Notes under the pieces: model-generated | What the model was told of the DNA's origin: nothing | The model's database searches: none | Seen by the model: the letters and a program-made list of their open reading frames with translations, nothing else | Source of the DNA: Mycobacteriales bacterium | Lineage (GTDB): Bacteria; Actinomycetota; Actinomycetes; Mycobacteriales; QHCD01 | NCBI GenBank assembly: GCA_038253135.1 | Contig: JBBSHJ010000003.1 | Span: 5,323 to 69,322 of the forward strand | Direction of reading: 5' to 3' | Length of the DNA: 64,000 bases | Translations under genes and position numbers: made by a program | Shown: piece by piece, positions 36,703 to 44,479 of the stretch | How the letters are laid out: each line of letters begins with the position of its first letter | How positions within the stretch are numbered: position 1 is the first letter of the stretch

Positions 36703-37111
36703 CCCAGCCGCTCGACCGCAACGACCAGGCCGGCGATTCGCGTGCCCGGCCAGGGCCGCAGCCGGTCGGCCCTGAGCTTCTCGATGACCTTCAATGCGAC
36801 AGAGATCCCCAGCGACTCCGATGCAATCTCTTTGGCCGTCTCAGCTCAACCGCGCTGTTACAGCGGGCAGGCGAACGAGCACATCATCTTCCAGTGAACG
36901 ATGCGAACCCCCCGGCTCGCCCCCGCCATCAGATTGAGCAGGCTTCGGCGCCAGCGGCTCGAAACCACCAATCAACGCCGCCACCCAGCCACCAGATACC
37001 GCCATTAAGGCGCCTACGGCGTCCCTTTGCGATCTACCCCTTGAGTCGCCCCGCTCCGGCCTTTGATCTGGCTGGTTGCGAGGACGCCGGGGAAGAGTGG
37101 TTGTCCGCCAG

Positions 37112-37873
37112 ATGACCGTGGAGGTCTACGTGAGGTAATACTACGCCGAGCACGAAGCTGCATATCGGCGGCTCCAGGACGAGGGTAAGACCCAGTGGGA
37201 CGACCTCTTTGAGGAGGGCCGGCCCCTGGACTTCGAAGCCTTTCCGAACCGGGGCTTCCTCGAACACGCTCTTCCGCATCTCGACCTGCCCTCGCCGGCT
37301 GAGGTCGACGTACTGGAATACGGTTGCGGCACCGGACCGGCCACCTGCTTCCTAGCGGCACGCGGGTTCCGGGTGGACGCAATCGACCTCATCCCCGAGG
37401 CGATCACACTCGCCCGGCGGTTTGCGCAGGAACGTGGCGCAGACGTCAGCTTCAGCGTGCAGGACGTGTGTGCCCTGGCAAAGGAGCCCGTCAGCAAACG
37501 GTATGACCTCATCGTCGACAGCTATTGCCTTCAATCGATCGTTACCGACGCCGACAGAGCTAGCGTCTTCGCCGCCGTGCACCCTCGCCTGAAGAGCAAG
37601 GGCTACTACCTCATCTCTACCGCCATGTATGAGCCGGAGCGCGTCTACGATCCCGGCTTCCGATACGACACGACCACCGGCATCTGCTACCAGGAGGTGC
37701 CGGGCGGCGGATCGGGCCAAGATGCGGTCGAGATCGACGGCACCTGGTACCGACCCCACCGCCGCCACCTGCCACCCATGGCCCTACGCGACGAACTCGC
37801 CCGCGCCGGCTTTCGTGTCGTGTCCCAAGACAAGGGCGATCTCGTCTGCGTACGGTCCAGCCAAGACAACTGA
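37112..37873 (+). pseudogene. class I SAM-dependent methyltransferase interrupted by an in-frame TAA at codon 9
   Basis: ATG 37112: MTVEVYVR-TAA(37136..37138)-YYAEHEAAYRRLQDEGKTQWDDLFEEG...VLEYGCGTGPATCFLAARGFRVDAIDL..., same frame as track ORF 37373..37873. The only downstream start (GTG 37373) lies after SAM motif I, so no intact enzyme can be made. Confidence 0.6.
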
Positions 37874-38000
37874 AGCAACCCAGGAGCCGGCACGCAACCC
37901 GCGTGCAACAAGCAGCCGGACGGATCTGGACTGGCCCGGACATCCGAGCGCCACAAAGCCCGTTCCCGAGCCCTGAACGAGCAAGCCCTGGACTGATCGG

Positions 38001-38264
38001 GTGGTGCGCGTCAATACTGAACCCGATCGCTCCGAGCTGCGCATGCTCTCGCAGTATCTCGATTGCCAGCGCGCGGATGCTCTCGAAGACCGACGGTCTG
38101 ACCCGTGAGTGACTGGCGTAGAAGCATCCCCGATCAGGAGCGCTGCGTGGCGGGTGGCACTTCTCGCTGCGGTGGGCGCAGCTGCACCTCCTCAAGGAGA
38201 CCGCCCGTCACGCGGCCACGCAGACTTGCTCCACGAAGCAATCGACGGCACGGTCGGGGAATAG
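38001..38264 (+). pseudogene. DinB/DUF664-family gene remnant (frameshifts, two in-frame stops, internal deletion)
   Basis: Pieces lie in three frames: VVRVNTEPDRSELRMLSQYLDCQRADAL; then GLTRE-TGA-LA-TAG-KHPRSG...WHFSLRWAQLHLLKETARHA; then GHADLLHEAIDGTVGE-stop. Together they reproduce the DinB_2 N-terminal LDxQR block and the C-terminal EETARHAGHADLLRExIDG block. About half of the gene is missing. Confidence 0.6.
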
Positions 38265-38401
38265 CGAACTGGGCCGCGGAAGTCGTCGATGGACGATCCC
38301 CATCCGGATGCACGGGGTCCGAGGCCGCTCGCGTCTGAGGGTGGCCGGTCCGCCGCTGGGTTGGAAATCGCGCACGCGCGGGTCGGATTCGCCAGCCGCC
38401 G

Positions 38402-39443
38402 TTATCGGGTGCTAGCGATGCGCCACGCGAGGACGGCCGGGGATCGGTTACTCGGCATTGGGATGGTCCGCAGCTGGAGCTGGTGTTGCCCCGGTCGCCA
38501 GATGGCGATGGCGTCCCCAACGGAGTCGAAGCTACCGACGATGACCACCCTTCCGTCCGACGCCCACGTCAGTCCGGTAAATTTCAGCGCAGCGGCGGTG
38601 GGCATCGACGGTAGGTGCAACCAGCGATGGGAAGTAAGATCCAGCAGCCAAATGTCGAGGCATTGTTGCGGGCCGGGACAGGCGGGATTGGCGAACGTGG
38701 TGGCGATGTAGTGCCCGTCCGGGCTGGCCACCGCATCGCCGGCCGGCCACGGCGATGCCGGTGCGGGAATCGTGGTCCGGCCGCCGCGCCCATCGATCAG
38801 CGCAAAATTATCCCTGCCGGAGCCGTCCGGGCTGGCCAGGGCATGCGTGCCGGCGACGGCGTAGATGCGCCCGGCGGCAATGATCGGGTCTTGCGGTTTC
38901 CGGAGCAAGGATGGCGTCGTTATCGTCGCCGCGGGAGACCAGCAGTCCCAGCGCCGTGTCGGCACGGATCTGGTATTGGCAATCAATCGGTCGGCTCGAT
39001 TGTTGCTGCCCGGTAGAGGTGACCTCCCGCAGCGTGCACGTGGTGCCGTGGTGAGTGTCGAGCCAGATGTGCCGGCCGTCCGGCGACGCCGCGGCGCTAC
39101 GCGCGACACCGACGAGATGCGCGGTGACTGTCCGGCGTGGGAGGAAGAACCAATAATTAGACATATCCCCGGTACGTGACGTCGAACTGATCAGGGCGCC
39201 CGACCCCGCCGGCTGAACCCAGGTCAGTCGATCCGGTTGCGCGGGTACGCCGGTAAGGCGCTGTCGGGCACGGGCATCGACGTTGAGCAGGACCGGCGGG
39301 CTGGACCCGATGAGTACTCGCAGCCTGGTCGGGGACGTCAGGGTCTGACCATGCAGCGGCCGTATCCCACCCGCTAACGTGGTTGCGGTCGTGACCCGCC
39401 GGGTCGGCGCCGGAGCCGAGTGGTGCGGTGCCGTCAATGCCAT
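38402..39443 (-). pseudogene. hypothetical beta-propeller-like protein, split by a frameshift near 38900-38930
   Basis: Track ORFs 38808..39545 and 38402..39109 (both minus strand) carry the N- and C-terminal halves. The sensible sequence switches frame at ...LLVSRGDDNDAIL / LLRKPQDPIIAAGRIYAVAGTHALASPDG. SPDG blade-like repeats occur in both halves. The N-terminal boundary is uncertain. Confidence 0.45.
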
Positions 39444-40236
39444 CCCCCGGCGGCACCGACCGTGCCGCAGTACGTCCCGTACGTCGTCGCGGCGTCCGGG
39501 CGCGCCGGTACGTCGGGTCGAGATCGACCAGGGACGGGTCGACACCGGTCGCTGGCCCTACGCCATCCCGGCTGTGCGTCATCTCTGCAAGCACGGGCTG
39601 GATCTCGGGCCGGGGATCACGGTGATCATCGGCTCGAACGGCAGCGGCAAGTCGACGATTGTCGAGGCCATCGCCGCCAACTGGGCTCGCCGGGTCGGTG
39701 CCTTCCGGAACGACTGGATGCAGTCCGCGGTCGGCCGTCCGTCGGCCGAGGATTCCGACCTGCATCGCTCCATCCGGCTCTACTTCACTCGCGGTGGTCC
39801 GACGGGAGGGCTCTTCCTCCGCGCCGAGCGGCTTCATGCGCAGGCCGGATTCTTTGCCGGCGAGAAAACCCGGGGCCGCTGGTCGGATCGACTCGGCGAC
39901 GCGCCGATCCTCACCCGCAGCCACGGCGAGGGCTTTCTCGAGATTCTCAACGGGATGCTGGCCGAGCCCGGCCTCTACCTGCTCGATGAGCCCGAGTCTG
40001 CCCTCTCCTTCGAGAGCTCGCTCACGTTGCTGCACATCCTCGTGCAGATGCGCGCGCACGGCAGTCAAATCATCCTGGCGACGCACTCACCGATGCTGGC
40101 CGCCGTACCGGACGCGCAGATCCTGCAGCTCGATGGCGACGGGATCGCTCCGGTCGATTACGACGCCGCCGCTCTTGTGTCCAATTGGCGCGCCTTTCTC
40201 GAAGCTCCGCAACGCTTCCTGCGTCACATCGGCTGA
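39379..40236 (+). CDS. AAA/ABC-like ATPase (stand-alone P-loop protein, RecF/SMC-type head)
   Basis: 285-aa track ORF. Walker A GSNGSGKSTIVEAIA, Walker B LYLLDEPESALS, and a D-loop/His region ILATHSPML. There are no TM or nuclease domains. Confidence 0.75.
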   Translation: MVAVVTRRVGAGAEWCGAVNAIPRRHRPCRSTSRTSSRRPGAPVRRVEIDQGRVDTGRWPYAIPAVRHLCKHGLDLGPGITVIIGSNGSGKSTIVEAIAANWARRVGAFRNDWMQSAVGRPSAEDSDLHRSIRLYFTRGGPTGGLFLRAERLHAQAGFFAGEKTRGRWSDRLGDAPILTRSHGEGFLEILNGMLAEPGLYLLDEPESALSFESSLTLLHILVQMRAHGSQIILATHSPMLAAVPDAQILQLDGDGIAPVDYDAAALVSNWRAFLEAPQRFLRHIG

Positions 40237-40243
40237 AACCTCC

Positions 40244-40921
40244 TCAGAGTGCGGCGGGGCTCCTCCGGGCGGGAACGGGGTCGGGCCCAAGCCCGCGGAC
40301 CGCGAGAAATCGCGGCTGCGTTCCCGTGTGCACGGGCGCCGCGTGCAGGAGATTGGAGTGGCAGACGAAGACGTCGCCGGCCCGGCCGCTGATCTCGGTG
40401 ACGCGAAGGGTGCCGCGGTCGTCGGTGTAGGGCCCGAAGAGCTCGCCCGGATCGTCGGCGGTCGGGTCGATACCGGTGAGCCGGCGCAGGAACGGATGGC
40501 CGGACACGAACTGCCGGAAGATGCTGCGCTGCTTGCGCGCCGGGTCGGGTGCGACCTCGGCGTACCACTGCTCCAGCAGCCGCCCGGAACCTTCGACCAG
40601 CAGGGTGCCGCCGCAGCGCGGATCGATGTCGCTGAACAGGCAGAACATCGAGACGCCGCTCTGCGGGGATCCATCCCAGTGCCATCGGCGGTCGGTGAGG
40701 GTCCACGGCCGGCCGCAGTCCGGTTCACCGATCGCGATCGAATTCTTCGCGGTACGGCGGGCGCTCCGGTGGGGAGAATTACGTATTTTCCAATGCGCGG
40801 CCGTCTGCGACCGTCGACTGAAGCGGGCCGAGCGCCCGCTGGTCCCGTTGGCCGAAGGGAACGCCCATGACCAGGATGTTGATGGACTGCCGCACCGTGC
40901 CGAGTGACGCACGATGCTCAC
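40244..40921 (-). CDS. PhyH-like Fe(II)/2-oxoglutarate dioxygenase, N-terminal region not recognisable (possibly degraded)
   Basis: 225-aa track ORF. Facial-triad candidates are WHWDG and CHSNLLHAAP, with a jelly-roll-like C-terminal 145 aa. The first ~60 residues are Arg/Ser-rich, and the first 18 codons overlap the divergent DUF1059 gene. Confidence 0.45.
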   Translation of the reverse strand: MSIVRHSARCGSPSTSWSWAFPSANGTSGRSARFSRRSQTAAHWKIRNSPHRSARRTAKNSIAIGEPDCGRPWTLTDRRWHWDGSPQSGVSMFCLFSDIDPRCGGTLLVEGSGRLLEQWYAEVAPDPARKQRSIFRQFVSGHPFLRRLTGIDPTADDPGELFGPYTDDRGTLRVTEISGRAGDVFVCHSNLLHAAPVHTGTQPRFLAVRGLGPDPVPARRSPAAL

Positions 40922-41373
40922 TCACGATTGCCGGCTCGGCCGACGAGGTCGAACGCGCGGCCATCCAGCATGCCGTCGATGTCCACGGTGAATCCGACGG
41001 ACCCGAGCTCCGCGACCTTGTCCGGGACTCGCTGGTCGAGGCGCCGCCGGCGCCTTCGGCGGAAGGAGCGTTCGTGCAACTCATCGAATTCGACACCGAC
41101 AGCATCGACGAGATGCTCTCGCATGTACACACGTGGCGCGAGGAGATCGGCGACGCGGGCACCGGACGCTGGGCGATCACCGGTGCCGACCGGGATCGAC
41201 CCGGACGTTACTTCACGATGGTCGAATTCCCCAGTTTCGCCGCCGCCATGGCCAATTCAGAACATCCGTCGACCGCTGCGCTGTCCGAGAAGATGCAAAA
41301 ACTCGCGACCGGCGCGCCGACCTTCCGCAACATTGACGTGACCAGGACATGGGGGCCGGACACGCCGGCCTGA
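40867..41373 (+). CDS. DUF1059-domain protein fused to a small alpha/beta-barrel-like domain
   Basis: 168-aa track ORF. N-terminal MLMDCRTVPSDARCSLTIAGSADEVERAAIQHAVDVHG fits the DUF1059 pattern (C..d..C.f.i.g...eev...a..Ha...Hg). The start may be ATG at 40876 or 40882. Confidence 0.65.
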   Translation: MTRMLMDCRTVPSDARCSLTIAGSADEVERAAIQHAVDVHGESDGPELRDLVRDSLVEAPPAPSAEGAFVQLIEFDTDSIDEMLSHVHTWREEIGDAGTGRWAITGADRDRPGRYFTMVEFPSFAAAMANSEHPSTAALSEKMQKLATGAPTFRNIDVTRTWGPDTPA

Positions 41374-41382
41374 CGAGGGCGG

Positions 41383-42531
41383 TCAGCCGAGGGCGGGCCA
41401 TTCGAAGGTGGTCTGCAGGACCTGGGTCCGGCCGTTTCGCGCGGCGCGGTATCCGGCCTCGATGATCTCCACCACGTGGCGGGCGTGCTCGGCTGTGACC
41501 GGCGACGCCTTGTCCTCCCGGATCCAGTCGACGAGCTGCATCACGTCCTCGTAGACGTGCGCCTCGTCCATCGCTACGTGCTCACCGACCACGTGCGGGA
41601 GTGATGCTTGCGCGCCGGCGATACCTCCGCCGTACTCATCGGACCGGGCCTTGAGCGGGTAGTCCATTGGAGCGCCGTTGAGGTTGAATCCGTCGATCAT
41701 TCCCGCCGTGCCGAAATACCGGCCGGAGAACCATGCGTTGTCGCTACCGGCCGCGGTGCCGTACGCGAGCGCGAACATGCTGGCCCCGAAATCGATGAGG
41801 ACGCCGGTGTTGTCGTCCGCCTCGGTGACGATGCGCTCACCTCTGAATTCGCGCTCGGGGACCGCGATGCCGGAGAACCCGGTGACCCGCAGCGCCGGTC
41901 CCAGCACGCTGGTGAGGCCGTGCAGGGAGTAGACGGTCATGTCATACATCGGTCCGCCGCCGGGCGAGCGAAAATACCAGCCCGGGTTGATGGCGCCGAG
42001 CTCGCCGGACGCCCGCTCCGGCTCGTCGAGGTGGTAGCTGCCGAAGGCCGCGCCGGCGATCGCCCACGTCGGCGTACCGATCTCACCGTCCGCGATCGCC
42101 TGGCGCGCCGCCTGCACGTGCGGGCGCAGCACCTCGCCGGGCGACGCCACGATCCGCAGATCCTTGGCCGCGGCGAGGTCGATCAGCTCGGTGGCCGCGG
42201 CCGCGGTGGTGGTGATCGTCTTGTTGACGTGCAGGTGCTTGCCGGCCTCGAGCGCCAGCCGGCCATGCTCGTGGTGCAGGCCGATGGGCGAGGCGATCGA
42301 CACCGCGTCGACGTCGCCGCGCGCGAGCAACTCGTCGTACCCGGTGTAGGCGTGCGGGATGCCGTAACGGTCGGCGAGCGCCTGGGCGCGGCCGGGCACC
42401 GGATCGCAGATCGCCTGGATTTGCACGTGGTTGGCGACATCGGGCCGGCTCAGATGCGGAACGATGCCGCGCTGCGCGATGGTGCCCGCGCCGACGACGC
42501 CGAGCCGCACCGGGCCTGCTGACCTGGTCAT
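41383..42531 (-). CDS. Gfo/Idh/MocA-family oxidoreductase
   Basis: 382-aa track ORF. N-terminal Rossmann VRLGVVGAGTIAQRGIVPHL and an EKP-like region LEAGKHLHVNKTI. Confidence 0.85.
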   Translation of the reverse strand: MTRSAGPVRLGVVGAGTIAQRGIVPHLSRPDVANHVQIQAICDPVPGRAQALADRYGIPHAYTGYDELLARGDVDAVSIASPIGLHHEHGRLALEAGKHLHVNKTITTTAAAATELIDLAAAKDLRIVASPGEVLRPHVQAARQAIADGEIGTPTWAIAGAAFGSYHLDEPERASGELGAINPGWYFRSPGGGPMYDMTVYSLHGLTSVLGPALRVTGFSGIAVPEREFRGERIVTEADDNTGVLIDFGASMFALAYGTAAGSDNAWFSGRYFGTAGMIDGFNLNGAPMDYPLKARSDEYGGGIAGAQASLPHVVGEHVAMDEAHVYEDVMQLVDWIREDKASPVTAEHARHVVEIIEAGYRAARNGRTQVLQTTFEWPALG

Positions 42532-42663
42532 GGCGCCCGATCGTAGGCTCCGGACGCTGCAGCCAGGTCGATGCTTCCACTATCGGCCGCCGACCGCGGG
42601 ACCGGGAGGCGTCCACGCCAACTAGGCTCGGAGATCAGGTCGGATGTGGCGAAAGGATGGACG

Positions 42664-43653
42664 ATGCCAGCGCTCAAGGTGCTCTTCATCGGTGGGTCGG
42701 GGATTATCAGCTCGGCCTGCGTACCGCGCGCGCTCGAGGTCGGGCACGACGTCACCGTCCTCAATCGCGGGCAATCGCACACGCGGCCGTTGCCCGACGG
42801 CGTTGCGACGATCACCGCCGACATCAGGGACTCCGGCAGCGCGCGGGAAGCCTTGGCCGGTAAGGATTTCGACGTCGTGTGCGAGTTCGTCGCCTTCGTG
42901 CCCGATCACGTGCAGACTGACCTCGACCTGTTCCGGGACAAGGTGCGCCAGTACGTCTTCATCAGCTCGGCATCGGCGTACCAGAAGCCGGTCGGCCGGC
43001 TGCCCATCGTCGAGTCGACGCCCCTGCGCAACCCCTTCTGGCAGTATTCCCGCGACAAGATCGCCTGCGAGGACCTGCTGGTACGCCGCTACCGGGACGA
43101 CGGTTTCCCCGCCACGATCGTGCGGCCGTCGCACACCTACGATCGCACCGCCATCCCGGTGACGGGCAACTGGACGACGATCGACCGGATGCGCCGCGGC
43201 GACCCGGTCGTCGTGCACGGGGACGGTACGTCGCTGTGGCACCTCACGCATCACACGGATTTCGCGCACGCCTTCACCGGGCTGCTCGGCAACCCGCAGG
43301 CGATCGGCGACAGCTTCCACATCACCGGAGACGAGGTGCTGACCTGGGACCAGATCTACACCGAGCTCGCGCTGGCGGCCGGCGTCTCCGGGCCCACGCT
43401 GGTGCACGTCGCCTCCGATGCGATCGCGGCGATCGCTCCACAGTGGGGGCCGGGACTGGTCGGGGACAAGGCGCATTCGGTGGTCTTCGACAACGCCAAG
43501 GTCAAGAGCATCGTCCCGGACTACGCGGCCACGGTGCCGTTCGCCGCCGGGGCAAGGGAAATCGTCGATTGGTACGACGCCGAGAAGTCTCGGCGGACGA
43601 TCGACGACGAGACCAACACGGTGATGGACACGCTGGTCAAGCAATACGGGTGA
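42664..43653 (+). CDS. NAD-dependent epimerase/dehydratase-family protein (extended SDR)
   Basis: Last 329 codons of track ORF 42571..43653; start MPALKVLFIGGSGIISSACV. Also SSASAY and the YSRDK (YxxxK) catalytic motif. Confidence 0.85.
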   Translation: MPALKVLFIGGSGIISSACVPRALEVGHDVTVLNRGQSHTRPLPDGVATITADIRDSGSAREALAGKDFDVVCEFVAFVPDHVQTDLDLFRDKVRQYVFISSASAYQKPVGRLPIVESTPLRNPFWQYSRDKIACEDLLVRRYRDDGFPATIVRPSHTYDRTAIPVTGNWTTIDRMRRGDPVVVHGDGTSLWHLTHHTDFAHAFTGLLGNPQAIGDSFHITGDEVLTWDQIYTELALAAGVSGPTLVHVASDAIAAIAPQWGPGLVGDKAHSVVFDNAKVKSIVPDYAATVPFAAGAREIVDWYDAEKSRRTIDDETNTVMDTLVKQYG

Positions 43654-43660
43654 GGCTACC

Positions 43661-44082
43661 GTGGCGCGCTGGGTCTGCCCGCGGTGTGATCGAGAATTCG
43701 ACCGTGTCAGGCAGTCCCACATCTGCGTTCCGGCGGGCACGGTCGACGACACATTCGCCGGCAAGCCCGACGCCGTCAGGGCGGCGTACGACGTCATCAT
43801 CGCGCACCTGCGCGCCCTCGGGCCGGTGCACGAGGATGCGGTCAAGGTCGGGGTCTTCCTCAAGCACGACAGGAAGTTTGCCGAGCTCCGCCCGACAGCC
43901 GATCGCTCGGCATCGGATTCTCGGTGTCTCGTCCGATCGACGACCCGCACTTGCGGCGTCCCTACCCGGCCGGCGGAGGGCGGCACTGGCACATGACCCG
44001 AGTGCGCTCCGCCGAAGAGGTCGACGCGGTGCTGCTCGCGTGGTTGACGGAGGCGTACGACGACGCCGGCGGCCCGGACTGA
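43661..44082 (+). pseudogene. small conserved protein with N-terminal CxxC, disrupted by a frameshift near 43895-43903
   Basis: Track ORF 43661..43996 reads MARWVCPRCDREF...VFLKHDRKFAELRPTAD and then turns to junk. Another frame continues sensibly: SLGIGFSVSRPIDDPHLRRPYPAGGGRHWHMTRVRSAEEVDAVLLAWLTEAYDDAGGPD, with its stop at 44082. Confidence 0.55.
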
Positions 44083-44479
44083 TCCAGGCCTGGAGAATTC
44101 ATGCTCGGACCGTTCGACCAATCGTCGTGCGTCGCAAGAACACGGTCGGTGGGGAGTGGATTGTTCTGCTCTGCCTTGCGGGGCATTGGGTAGTTGTCCA
44201 CCCTCGTGGGCAGAGGCGAAGGTGCGGAGGGGTTATCTGGCGGCGGTGGTGTCGAATCCCGACGCGGTGCGCACAGAACCGCGCTGGGGTCGATGCCTGG
44301 TCCTTGCTCGGGTGGCAGCAGCTTGCCGACCGCCGCAATTCCGCCACAAACCGCGGCTGACCTTACCACAAGTGCGCCAGGACGTAGGTACGCGCGGCCG
44401 CCTGTGGATGACGAATCCCCTTTTCCACAAGCAGAACCAGAGCCAGCAATTGTCAGACGCCGGAAGTAGAATCGAAGCC

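Noticed and set aside
36745-36895. LuxR-type HTH remnant on the minus strand just after tRNA-Arg, considered as a separate feature.
   Set aside because: Only about 45 residues with loose similarity survive, spread over two frames with stops. This is too weak to annotate, so it is mentioned only as part of the decay-zone finding.
39379-40236. The stand-alone AAA/ABC-like ATPase, considered as part of an anti-phage defence pair (Septu/Gabija/PARIS-like).
   Set aside because: No adjacent nuclease, Toprim or HNH partner in an operon is present; the HNH gene is 4 kb away, beyond unrelated genes. The neighbours are pseudogenes, and there is no support for a defence call from sequence alone.
44246-44273. 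Sequence GGTGGTGTCGAATCCCGACGCGGTGCGCA, resembling a tRNA T-loop/3' end. I considered it as a possible attR partner of tRNA-Arg that would delimit an island.
   Set aside because: It shares only TCGAATCCC with the tRNA-Arg 3' end, forms no T-stem and has no matching acceptor strand. No integrase is present. The similarity is too short to mean anything.
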